From assembly GCA_965217895.1 (NCBI GenBank), contig CBDCJV010000002.1:192001-256000 (forward strand): 64,000 bases of DNA, in the 5' to 3' direction. Of the stretch, positions 18,668 to 28,062 are shown piece after piece. A program made the position numbers and the translations under genes. The DNA is from Waterburya sp. (GTDB taxonomy: Bacteria > Cyanobacteriota > Cyanobacteriia > Cyanobacteriales > Xenococcaceae). Each line of letters opens with the position of its first letter. Position 1 is the first letter of the stretch. The notes beneath the pieces are model-generated. The model was not told where the DNA came from and did not search any database. It was given only the letters and a program-made list of their open reading frames with translations.

Positions 18668-18913
18668 CTTATTAGTAGTTAAATTGAAAATTTACTCTCA
18701 GTTTTGACAGCGATAAAGCTCGTATTTATCTTGATAGATCGATAAACCGATTTAAAGGAACATTATACGTCTGATGTGAATTAAAAGACCGAGAAATGCC
18801 TTCAAAACAAGTAACCAAAACTGAAATAGATTAACATTCTGAGGAAAAGAAAAGGCTAATCTTGCTGAATCTGCGTCTAGAGCGATCGCCTAGCTTAAAC
18901 TATTAGATAGGAT

Positions 18914-19696
18914 TCAAACATAACAAATAGGAACAACATCTAGGAATTTCTCACCATTCATAGCTAACCTTAAAGGGCAATCTTTAGTAGGCCAGTGACT
19001 ACGATCTTCATAGACATATAGCTGATGCTTGGCGGGTAAGCTATCTGAGTTAATTTGCTCAACTCGACTAAAGTGAGCTTTATAACGTTCAAAGTATTCT
19101 AAGCCAGGGGCGCGGACGTGATATTCTTCTTGAGGATTGGGTTCGGGATATTCAATGGTTTGCTCTGCCACTAAAGGTACAGGTAAGATGGCAATTCCTT
19201 TGGGTTTTAAAATACGATGAATTTCGGCGATCGCTTTTAAATCATCAGGAATATGTTCTAAAACGTGAGAAGCAAACACAAAATTGTAGCTTTGATCGGC
19301 AAAAGGCAGATTTTGGATATCTACCTGATGATCTACCTCTGGCATATAAAGATCGGCTGTTTCGTATCTGCCAAATTTATTAGCAAAGTAACCTCGGAAA
19401 AAATTCTCAGGCGCAAAATGAAGCATACTCAAAGTTGAAGTATCGAACTTTGATAATAAGCGATCAATTACTAAATATTGAATACGATGTCTTTCTAAAG
19501 CTCTACATTTAGGACATTGTGCGTGCTTGCGGTAGGCAACAGTAGCTTTCAAATCTTTAAAAGCACCAGTATAGTTACAGACTGGACAATTAAATTGTTC
19601 TTTGTTGAGATTTTGTAATTTAAAGATCCAAGATTTAACTTCTTTTTTTAATTCTCTTGCTTGGTTTTTTGGATTCATGATCTTGGCAAGTCGCAA
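18914..19696 (-). CDS. Class I SAM-dependent methyltransferase (type 11-like)
   Basis: CPVC..CPKC..ERHR, LHFAPE and SHVLEHIPDD..EIHRILKPKG. Confidence 0.85.
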   Translation of the reverse strand: MRLAKIMNPKNQARELKKEVKSWIFKLQNLNKEQFNCPVCNYTGAFKDLKATVAYRKHAQCPKCRALERHRIQYLVIDRLLSKFDTSTLSMLHFAPENFFRGYFANKFGRYETADLYMPEVDHQVDIQNLPFADQSYNFVFASHVLEHIPDDLKAIAEIHRILKPKGIAILPVPLVAEQTIEYPEPNPQEEYHVRAPGLEYFERYKAHFSRVEQINSDSLPAKHQLYVYEDRSHWPTKDCPLRLAMNGEKFLDVVPICYV

Positions 19697-19739
19697 ATTT
19701 GAGTTAAAAGTAATTTACGCTATTTTGACTTGATTTATA

Positions 19740-19933
19740 GGCGTTGCTGATTTGAATTATGAAACCGAGAAGTAATCTGTTCGTAGCTATCAGCTATCAG
19801 CTATCAGCCATTGGTGACAAGTTAAGAAAAAGCAATATTAGTCAACTTCTTGGTGCATTCGCTCTTTGCTGGAAACCAACAAGAGCGCGATGTACAGCTA
19901 CTACATATAGCGTCTTTTGTTTCGGACAACGCC
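19740..19933. repeat. GGCGTTGC-ended MITE with AGCTATC heptamer repeats
   Basis: GGCGTTGCTGA..CAACGCC ends. Related copies at 26622-26848 and 31069-31189. Confidence 0.6.
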
Positions 19934-20178
19934 AAATATGGATTAGGAAGAGTTAGTATGGCAATCGCCATCAGATATTTAAAGTTCATGAACAACAGTT
20001 CAAAAGCTAAGAGCCAATAGCTGAGAGCTAATAGCTAAAAACCAGTTGACAAAAAGCGTAGTCCTTTAACTTGTCACAGATGGCTAATGGTTCATGGCTA
20101 ATTGAAGTGTATTTTATAAGTATGAGAATTGCTGTATGTGAGTTGATTCTCATTTTCGTCTTAAATTAGGGTCAATTT

Positions 20179-21708
20179 GTGTCACAGAATCAGAAATCTT
20201 CACAGACCAAATATCAAAATTACTTTGATACCGATAATTTAACTGCGGATTTGAAAAAGCGATCTATCCGTGGCGGGGCAATTGTTTTTGTTACCCAGTT
20301 TAGTAAGTTTTGGATTCAGATGGGGTCAACAGTAGTTTTAGCGAGGCTACTTACTCCCGATGATTATGGCTTGATTGGCATGGCGACGGTAATAATTCGC
20401 TTTGTGCAGCTATTTAGAGATCTGGGTTTATCTGATGCTACTATTCAGCAGTCAAAGGTCAATCATCAGCAAATTAGCACGCTTTTTTGGATCAACATTG
20501 CCTTTAGTTGTTTGATAGCTTCGATCATAGCTGCGATCGCACCACTGGTAGCTAATTTTTATCATCAGCCAAACCTAGAGGGAATTGTTTTAGCATTGGC
20601 GAGCATCTTTATTTTTAGTGGCTTAAGTGTTCAGCACCAAGCATTACTCAAGCGCAAAATGCAGTTTGCCATTTTAGCTAAAATCGAAATTATTTCTCTG
20701 ATTTCAGGGGTGAGTGCTGCTATTGTTTCCGCAGCTATGGGGGCTGGTTACTGGGCATTAGTCATTTTACAGTTAGCAACGGTTATAGCCAATACCTTCT
20801 GTGTCTGGATTTACTGTGACTGGCGACCTAGTTTGCCTAGTCCCAGGGCTGATATTGGTTCGATGTTGGCGTTTGGTGGCAATTTATCAGGCTTTAATGC
20901 GGTTAATTATTTTGCTCGCAATTTAGATAATATTTTAATTGGTCGAATTTGGGGCGTGCAGCCTCTAGGTATCTATGAAAGAGCTTATCAGCTAATTTTG
21001 CTGCCAATTCAGCAGATCAACAATCCTATAGGCAATGTGGCAGTTACCACCCTTAGTCGCTTACAAAATCAACCAGATCAATATCGCCGTTATTATTTTA
21101 AAGCTATTTTACTTATTACTACTATAGGTATGCCAATGGTGGCTTTTATGTTTGCCTGTACTAAACCATTAATTTTGGCAGTTTTGGGAGAACAATGGCT
21201 GGAGGCGGTGGTAGTCTTTCGCTGTTTAGCTCCTGCTGCCTTTATTGGTACAATCAACGTAGCCGAAGGCTGGGTCTATCAATCATTGGCGTTTACTGAC
21301 CGTATGTTTCGGTGGGGAATAGTTTTTGCTATCTGTAACGCACTGGTGTTTGTGTTCAGCGTGCGCGGAGGAATAGTTAGCGTCGCGATCGCCTACAGTA
21401 TTTTTATAATTGCGATCAAAATTCCCTCTATTGTCTATTGCTATCACAAAACGCCTTTAAAGCTTGCTGATTTGGTTCGTACAATCTATCGACCTGCTAT
21501 AGCGGCGATCGGCGCAGCAGGAATAATTATGCTTTTTGAACATTGGTCAGTGGTTGATATTCAAGCTGTCGTTAATTTATTAATTTACGCAGTTCTCTAT
21601 AGTTTTTGTTATATTGTCCTCTGGCTGCTTTTGCCTAATGGTCGCTCTACTTTATTAAACATGATCCATATAGCTAAAAACTTAAAATCAGACAAGCAAA
21701 TAACCTAA
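20179..21708 (+). CDS. Wzx-type polysaccharide flippase
   Basis: LARLLTPDDYGLIGM, DLGLSDATIQ, RNLDNILIG; multiple TM segments. Confidence 0.9.
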   Translation: MSQNQKSSQTKYQNYFDTDNLTADLKKRSIRGGAIVFVTQFSKFWIQMGSTVVLARLLTPDDYGLIGMATVIIRFVQLFRDLGLSDATIQQSKVNHQQISTLFWINIAFSCLIASIIAAIAPLVANFYHQPNLEGIVLALASIFIFSGLSVQHQALLKRKMQFAILAKIEIISLISGVSAAIVSAAMGAGYWALVILQLATVIANTFCVWIYCDWRPSLPSPRADIGSMLAFGGNLSGFNAVNYFARNLDNILIGRIWGVQPLGIYERAYQLILLPIQQINNPIGNVAVTTLSRLQNQPDQYRRYYFKAILLITTIGMPMVAFMFACTKPLILAVLGEQWLEAVVVFRCLAPAAFIGTINVAEGWVYQSLAFTDRMFRWGIVFAICNALVFVFSVRGGIVSVAIAYSIFIIAIKIPSIVYCYHKTPLKLADLVRTIYRPAIAAIGAAGIIMLFEHWSVVDIQAVVNLLIYAVLYSFCYIVLWLLLPNGRSTLLNMIHIAKNLKSDKQIT

Positions 21709-21784
21709 AACAATACATATTTTTTTGTATTATTAACTTTAATCATCAATTTAAATACTTTCAGATTAACCATAACAAACTGAT

Positions 21785-22552
21785 ATGACTAGCTCTATTG
21801 AAGTTAAAGAATTTTATGATAATTTTACTAATACCAGAATGCTGCAATACAAGCTGTATGGTAATTTGCGTCTAGAAAAAGCAATTAGATTGATTACCAA
21901 TTATTCAACTCCTAATAGTAATGTTCTCGATCTTGGCTGTGGCATTGGTATTGTCCCCCAACAAGTAGCTAATAAGTTAGATCGGGGTAAAATTTTGGCT
22001 TGTGATTTGGGAGAAAATAATATTAAATACGCTCAACAGACTGTTAAGTCAAATAAAATTGAGTTTTTGAACGTTAATATTATTGAAAACTTTACAGAAA
22101 TTCGTAATAAATTGTCTTTTCCAGTGGACTTAGTAACTATGGTTGATGTAATTGAACATTTGCCGCCTGAAAGCTATGGTCAACTATTTAGTAATCTAAG
22201 TCAAGTAACAAGCGATCGCGCTAAACTAATTTTGACTTATCCCAGTCCTGAATATCAGCTTTATTTACAACAGCACGATCCTCAAGAATTGCAAATTATC
22301 GATGAAGTCATCGAAATTAAAACTTTGATGCAGTTTGCTTTGCAATCTGGATTTGGTTTAGAGTACTTTTCTTATATTGATGTTTGGAAACAAAATCAAT
22401 ACATTCACTGTGTATTTAGCAAAGAACGAGCCTGTAATCCCATTACCGAAGTTAGTTTGTTTGCAAAAGCAAAATGTAAAATAAAAGCCTATAAATCAAA
22501 ATTATTGCTGCCTTTTATAAAACGAAAATATAGCGATCAATCTAATAAGTGA
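21785..22552 (+). CDS. Class I SAM-dependent methyltransferase
   Basis: VLDLGCGIG motif I and DVIEHL. Confidence 0.88.
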   Translation: MTSSIEVKEFYDNFTNTRMLQYKLYGNLRLEKAIRLITNYSTPNSNVLDLGCGIGIVPQQVANKLDRGKILACDLGENNIKYAQQTVKSNKIEFLNVNIIENFTEIRNKLSFPVDLVTMVDVIEHLPPESYGQLFSNLSQVTSDRAKLILTYPSPEYQLYLQQHDPQELQIIDEVIEIKTLMQFALQSGFGLEYFSYIDVWKQNQYIHCVFSKERACNPITEVSLFAKAKCKIKAYKSKLLLPFIKRKYSDQSNK

Positions 22553-22659
22553 TTTAATTATTATACTTATTCCTTTAAGTACCTAAAATTGCTAATTGCT
22601 ATTAATTATTTGTTCGTTAGTGACTTGTAGTATTTAATTTAATTGTCTAAAAATAAGAG

Positions 22660-23904
22660 ATGAGAATTGCGTTTGTAGTAGATCAATTTCCAACTTTATC
22701 TGAAACCTTTATATTAGGACAAATTACAGGATTAATTGATCGCAATCATGAAGTAGATATATATTGTGATCGCTCTGGAAATATTAGCCAAATGCATCCC
22801 GAAATAGAAGAATATAAACTTTTAGAGCGCACTTATCAAACATTTATTCCTACAAACTTATTTGTACGCCTTTTTAAGGCAATTTTCTTATTTTGCTTAA
22901 ATTTTTTTAAAGCTCCCAGAATTTTGCTGCGAGCGATTAATTTTATTAAATATAATCGTTCTAATTATGGAGATCCAGCAGGTTTTTTAAAGCCTTTTTA
23001 TCTGGCTCTTCCTTGGCTGAATAAATCACCCTATGATGTTATTCTTTGCCATTATGGACGCAACGGTTTAAAAGCTTGTTTATTTAAAGATTTGGGTATA
23101 ACTCAGGGAAAAATTGCGGTCGCTTTTCATGGCTATGATATTTCTCGCTATCTAAACATACATGGACAAAATATTTACCAACATCTTTTTAATCAGGTAG
23201 ATTTACTTCAGTCAATTAGTCAACACTGGCAAAAAAAGCTAATCGAACTTGGATGTAATCCTGCAAAAGTAAAGATACATCATATGGGGATTGACTGTCA
23301 TAAATTTAAGTATATTGACAATCAAAATAATTCTTCGATTTGTTTAGTTAGTATTGCTCGCCTAGTAGAAAAAAAAGGGTTGCAATACAGTATTCAAGCG
23401 GTGGCTCAATTAATTCCTCGCTATCCTAATTTGCAATATCAAATTGTAGGTGATGGGGTTTTAAGAGCAGAATTGCAGCATTTAATTGAGAGTTTGCAGG
23501 TTGCTGACAACATCAAATTATTAGGCTGGAAAAAACAACAAGAGGTTGCAGCTATTATTAATCATGCCGATCTAGTTTTAGCTCCAAGTATCACTAGCCG
23601 TGATGGTGATTGCGAAGGTATTCCTGTATCTTTGATGGAATCTATGGCAAAGGGTTTACCCGTAATTAGCACCTATCACAGTGGCATTCCTGAATTAATT
23701 GAAGACGGTATGTCAGGATATTTGCTACCAGAACGAGATATTGACCAATTAGCTAATAAAATAGAGCATTTAATTACTAATCCTACGCTTAGAGTTGAGA
23801 TGGGTCAAAGAGGTCGTCAAAAAGTCGTCCAAGATTATAATATCGACTTACTTAACGATCGCCTGATAGAAATTTTACAACAGCTTATTTTAGTAAAGAC
23901 TTAA
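22660..23904 (+). CDS. GT4 glycosyltransferase (WcaL-like)
   Basis: FPTLSETFI, FHGYD, RLVEKKG and EGIPVSLMESMA. Confidence 0.9.
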   Translation: MRIAFVVDQFPTLSETFILGQITGLIDRNHEVDIYCDRSGNISQMHPEIEEYKLLERTYQTFIPTNLFVRLFKAIFLFCLNFFKAPRILLRAINFIKYNRSNYGDPAGFLKPFYLALPWLNKSPYDVILCHYGRNGLKACLFKDLGITQGKIAVAFHGYDISRYLNIHGQNIYQHLFNQVDLLQSISQHWQKKLIELGCNPAKVKIHHMGIDCHKFKYIDNQNNSSICLVSIARLVEKKGLQYSIQAVAQLIPRYPNLQYQIVGDGVLRAELQHLIESLQVADNIKLLGWKKQQEVAAIINHADLVLAPSITSRDGDCEGIPVSLMESMAKGLPVISTYHSGIPELIEDGMSGYLLPERDIDQLANKIEHLITNPTLRVEMGQRGRQKVVQDYNIDLLNDRLIEILQQLILVKT

Positions 23905-23949
23905 TTATAGTTTGGGTTGTCGTCTGCATGGCGAAAATAATTACAACGA

Positions 23950-24351
23950 TTAACCAACCCAGTTATCCAATTTCAAATTTGGGACGCGACTAAACTCTTT
24001 CATATTATTAGTAATCAAAGTTACCTTTAGGCTGAGCGCATGAGCAGCAATTAGAGTGTCTAATGAGCCTATAGAAATTCCTCCTTTTTCTAATGTAACT
24101 CTAACATCGCCGTAGATTGTGGCAGCAGTATGATCAAAATCTGCTATTTCTAAAGGCAATAAAAATTGTGCTAATGCCTGTTGATTTTTTGCGGGAAATT
24201 GGCTTTTTTGAACACCAAATTTCAGTTCAGCAACAGTAATGGAAGAGACTCCAACCTCACCTACTTGATATGCGTTAAATTTCTGCAATACTTCTGGAGG
24301 TTTGCGCTTAATTATATAAATGCAGATATTTGTATCAAGTAAAAATTTCAT
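23950..24351 (-). CDS. vapC: VapC PIN-domain toxin
   Basis: LLDTNICIY, ITVAEL, DTLIAAHA and TNNMKEFSRV. Confidence 0.93.
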   Translation of the reverse strand: MKFLLDTNICIYIIKRKPPEVLQKFNAYQVGEVGVSSITVAELKFGVQKSQFPAKNQQALAQFLLPLEIADFDHTAATIYGDVRVTLEKGGISIGSLDTLIAAHALSLKVTLITNNMKEFSRVPNLKLDNWVG

Positions 24352-24398
24352 TCGCCAAGCTAGTTAGATATGCTGGAGGATGCTAATGTTCCGCTAGC

Positions 24399-24632
24399 TT
24401 AAAAGGCATTTTCTCGCTCTTGAGATTCTGGCTGCTGGCGTGGTTCACTCAAAAAATCATCGGAAAATTGTTCTAGGCTATCAAAAAGTGTTTCCCAAGA
24501 ATCTTCATAAGGTAAAAGTACTATTGCATTACCCACCCGTTTAATTAAGACTCTATCTCCAGCAAAACGATACTTTTTGGGTAGCCGAACCGCTTGGCTT
24601 CGACCATTTTGGAATAATTTAGCTGTTTCCAT
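24399..24632 (-). CDS. vapB: VapB antitoxin (AbrB/MazE fold)
   Basis: AKLFQNGRSQAVRLPK, located upstream of vapC. Confidence 0.93.
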   Translation of the reverse strand: METAKLFQNGRSQAVRLPKKYRFAGDRVLIKRVGNAIVLLPYEDSWETLFDSLEQFSDDFLSEPRQQPESQERENAF

Positions 24633-24942
24633 AATTGATTTGATTTAAATATATATTTTTAGTATATATCTTTGGCAAAATTAGAGGAGGCGAAGCAGAT
24701 TGTATTGAGATTTATGGTTTGGAATATCGACTGCGTAGCGAAAATAACTAAAATTTTGACGAACTATAATTTAGATATCAATTATCCATCAACTCTTCTC
24801 CAAGGGTACTGCGACCATAGCACCAAGGATGTAGTGCTTGGTCGCAGGGGAATTGGAGACTAGGTTTTTCTTTTGAACGGTTAATTTAATATTCATCAAA
24901 TCTTTATATACAAAGGGATCTAGCTGTTATACAATCAATCTT

Positions 24943-25128
24943 GTACCGACGAATAGGTATCTAACGGTGGTCAGCCGTAAAGTTACGACCAAACCTGAAT
25001 TAACAGGTTCTCAAATGAGGAAGGTATCACCTACTTTGGTAAGTGAGTCTGGTAATCCGATTAAACGGAATGCAGATGCAGTAATGTGTCTGAGAATCTG
25101 AAACCATAATTTTTAATTTGGTTTTAGA
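24943..25128 (+). ncRNA. ssaA: Probable 6S RNA
   Basis: TACAAT -10 box at 24930. Rod-like pairings (CCGT/ACGG, TTAC..CCA/TGGTAA, CTCA/TGAG). CTCAAATGAGGAAGGTATC..TACTTTGGTAAGTGAGTC resembles cyanobacterial 6S RNA as I recall it. A 3' hairpin follows. Ends are approximate. Confidence 0.6.
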
Positions 25129-25145
25129 GCTTCAATGTCCATTGC

Positions 25146-25518
25146 TAAGTAAGTAGGCAGAATTAAATAGGACTTACGCACTCGCCCCCTAAATCCCCCA
25201 AGGCGAGCGACCCCCTAAAGGGTTCAACAGTTTGCTCAACGGGGGGAACCCCCGCACAACGCAACTGTCTCACCGCGTCGCCGTCAGAGGTCAGACCCCG
25301 CGTCGCCGTTAGGCGCAAGGGAATGCTGACCTAGCAAGGGAATGCGCGAGAGGGGGACTTTTAATTCTTGTTCCCCCAAACTTGGGGGGCTAGGGGGGGG
25401 CAAAACTCGTTAAACTGCGTAAGTCCTATTAAATATAAAACCAAATAAGCAAGATTTTACTTCCTACTTTTTACTTTTTACGAAGACTATCTTCTAATTA
25501 ATTTCACCCACCTACTTA
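25146..25518. mobile_element. TAAGTRGGTGGG-type MITE with nested elements, inserted at TA in the ribD 3' end
   Basis: Right part nearly identical to the MITE at 33348-33455. TA duplicated at 25146-25147 and 25517-25518. Confidence 0.8.
25168..25428. mobile_element. TAGGACTTACGCA-type MITE nested in the previous MITE
   Basis: Perfect inverted ends TAGGACTTACGCA/TGCGTAAGTCCTA with further hairpin elements inside. Confidence 0.8.
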
Positions 25519-26608
25519 AATATCCTTCAATTAAAATATCTGAATCAATTACCTGAGTAGTTATTTGTTTTAATTGCAGTGCTTCTGTCATTTTGCTCAA
25601 GCCCAAATCGCCGACGGGGGATGGTGCAGATGTTCCACCGATGATTTTGGGAGCGATAAATGCCATTACTTTTTGAATTGTACCATCGGCGATCGCCTTA
25701 GCTGCTAATGTTCCTCCACATTCCCATAATATTTTAGATAGTTCTTTTTGATATAGATGTTTCATGACTATTTTGGGAGTGAGTTGAGCAACCTCGATAA
25801 TTTTTACTCCTTTGCTAGTTAGTTTTCTCTGAAGTACGGGGTTGCTGTTTATTTCCGTAAACACCAGAGTTGGGGCAATATCTGTCTGCCAAAGATTGCA
25901 CTCAGCAGGCAGATCTAGGCTGCGACTCATGACGACTCGTAGGGGATTATGTTCTGTCACACCATGAGTAGTTAAGTTGGGGTTATCTTGGCGTACCGTA
26001 TTTCCGCCGATAATTACCGCATCGCAGATGCTTCTTAGCTGATGCACTAGATGACGCGATGCTTTTCCCGTTACCCAAGCACTATGTCCTGTGGTGGCTG
26101 CGATTTTGCCATCTAAGGTCATGGCATATTTAAGTATGCCAAAAGGCTGTTGGTAATTAATACGGTGAATAAAGGCTTCATTTAGCTGACGACAGGCAGT
26201 TTCTTCCACACCGACAATGACTTCTATTCCCGCATTCTGTAGCTTTTTGATTCCGCCTCCAGCCACGCGCGGATCGGGATCTACCATTCCCGCAACTACC
26301 TTTGCTATCTGTGCCTTAATTAAAGCTTCCGTACAAGGTGGTGTTCTGCCATAGTGATTGCAGGGTTCAAGATTTACATATACTGTTGCGCCCTGGGCTT
26401 TTTCTCCCGCAGCCTGTAGAGCAAATACTTCGGCGTGGGGTTGTCCTACACCTGGATGAAAGCCTTCCCCCAGAATTTTGCCATCTTTAACTACAATTGA
26501 ACCTACTAAAGGGTTAGGTGACGTTTTCCCTGCTGCGCGCTGTGCTAATTGTATGCACTTGTGCATCATTTCGGCATCAAAAGCAGATATTTTCTGTTCA
26601 TCTTTCAT
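25487..26608 (-). CDS. ribD: Riboflavin biosynthesis deaminase/reductase RibD
   Basis: PNPLVG, HAEV, LEPCNHYGRTPPC, KYAMTLDGKIA and ECGGTLA. Confidence 0.96.
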   Translation of the reverse strand: MKDEQKISAFDAEMMHKCIQLAQRAAGKTSPNPLVGSIVVKDGKILGEGFHPGVGQPHAEVFALQAAGEKAQGATVYVNLEPCNHYGRTPPCTEALIKAQIAKVVAGMVDPDPRVAGGGIKKLQNAGIEVIVGVEETACRQLNEAFIHRINYQQPFGILKYAMTLDGKIAATTGHSAWVTGKASRHLVHQLRSICDAVIIGGNTVRQDNPNLTTHGVTEHNPLRVVMSRSLDLPAECNLWQTDIAPTLVFTEINSNPVLQRKLTSKGVKIIEVAQLTPKIVMKHLYQKELSKILWECGGTLAAKAIADGTIQKVMAFIAPKIIGGTSAPSPVGDLGLSKMTEALQLKQITTQVIDSDILIEGYLSRWVKLIRR

Positions 26609-26621
26609 AGTTAATTAGGGA

Positions 26622-26848
26622 GCGTTGCCGAATATGTAATGCTAAAACATTATTTATTCTAGCCGTTTGCAAACAAGAACTTCTTAAACGCTAATAGCTT
26701 AAAGCTACGGACAGTGTTCTTTTATGTGTCATTACTGTCTTGAACGAGTTGCTCATTGAGGGAAAGCCAAGGCGCGTTTTGAGTGAGAAGTTTCCCACTC
26801 AAAAGCCGCCGTCCCAAGACCGCACTCGTTCGCTAAATCAGCAACGCC
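26622..26848. repeat. GCGTTGC-ended MITE with a nested hairpin element
   Basis: GCGTTGCCGAAT..AATCAGCAACGCC ends. Internal GAACGAGT..ACTCGTTC element contains a TTTTGAGTG/CACTCAAAA hairpin. Confidence 0.6.
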
Positions 26849-26937
26849 AATTAGAGCTTACTGAAAAACTTAGATTTGATAAGATATCTGCTTGAAAGCT
26901 AAAAGCTAAAAAGTCATAAATGACGGTGCTTGAAAGC

Positions 26938-28008
26938 TTATGATAATTGTTTAGGAAACCAAAAAGAAAAAGTAGTACCTTTACCGACTTCGGATGCCAC
27001 CGTAATTTGTCCTTGATGGGCATTAATGATTTGCCGACACAGATAGAGTCCTAAGCCTTTGCCAGATCGCCTATGGTTGCCTTGATGGTAGCGTTGGAAA
27101 ACAGCCTCTCGATCCTGTGGAGATATACCAATGCCTGTATCTTCAACCGTAACTAATACCTGAGAGTCATTTTGACCTAAAGATACTTTTACTGTACCCT
27201 TATCGGTAAACTTGATAGCATTGCCAATCAAATTAGTAAAAACTCGACGCAGTTCAAGGCGATCGCCCTTAATTTCTGGCACTTGCGAAGCTATATCCTG
27301 CTTTAGCTCTATTCCTTTTTCAATTGCTAATGGCTGAAGTTCAGTCACTACTTCGACTATTAGCTGCTGAAGATCTACGGGGATAAAGCTCAGGGTTTTT
27401 TGCCCCAATTCATATTGATGAGTTTCTAATAAAGTATTGAGCATTTGTAGCATATTTTGATTGCTGCTGAGGATATTGGCGATCGCTTCTTGCTGCTCAT
27501 CGTTAATATCACCAAATGCTTGCTGCCCAATTAAATCTAACATTCGGTTGGCAGCTACCAATGGTGTCCGAAGATCGTGAGTCAGACAAGATACAAAGTT
27601 TTCTCTTTGGTCTATTGTTTCTTTCAGCCTCAACATAGAGCGCACCCTCGCCTGTAGCTCATCTATCTGAAAAGGCTTGCGCACAAATTCATCTGCACCT
27701 GCATCCAATCCTTCAACTAGGCTAGATTCCTCTCTAGCTGTAACTAACAGTATGGGAATAAAAGGAATATTGCGGTCTTCGCGAATGCGTCGTGTAACTT
27801 CATAACCATCCATCCCAGGCATCATCACGTCTAATAAAATTAAACTGGGAGGAGCTTTTTTGATCTGTTTTAAAGCCGTTTTGCCGTCATGAGCTACAAC
27901 AACTTGATGACCTTCTTGTTCTAGGGAAAGCTGAATTAGTAAAAGATTATCAGGAATATCATCGACCGCTAAAATGTAGTTGCTTTTCGTGGGTTGTGTA
28001 ACAGACAT
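26938..28008 (-). CDS. Hybrid receiver-histidine kinase
   Basis: REC (LLDVMMP), HisKA (LTHDLRTPL) and HATPase (NAIKFT, DTGIG, GLGL). Confidence 0.93.
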   Translation of the reverse strand: MSVTQPTKSNYILAVDDIPDNLLLIQLSLEQEGHQVVVAHDGKTALKQIKKAPPSLILLDVMMPGMDGYEVTRRIREDRNIPFIPILLVTAREESSLVEGLDAGADEFVRKPFQIDELQARVRSMLRLKETIDQRENFVSCLTHDLRTPLVAANRMLDLIGQQAFGDINDEQQEAIANILSSNQNMLQMLNTLLETHQYELGQKTLSFIPVDLQQLIVEVVTELQPLAIEKGIELKQDIASQVPEIKGDRLELRRVFTNLIGNAIKFTDKGTVKVSLGQNDSQVLVTVEDTGIGISPQDREAVFQRYHQGNHRRSGKGLGLYLCRQIINAHQGQITVASEVGKGTTFSFWFPKQLS

Positions 28009-28062
28009 TGATTAGTAAAAAATTTTCATAAATACGAATCAATCTAACTAACAATCTCAGAT

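Noticed and set aside
19759..20040. ORF 19759-19956 and heptamer arrays (AGCTATC, AGCTAA(G/A)) as a CRISPR or gene
   Set aside because: These are common cyanobacterial short tandem repeats within MITEs. There are no unique spacers or cas genes; the same applies to 30073-30113.
24672..24863. 63-aa ORF
   Set aside because: TTG start, overlaps the vapB promoter region and a hairpin insert, and has no recognisable motif.
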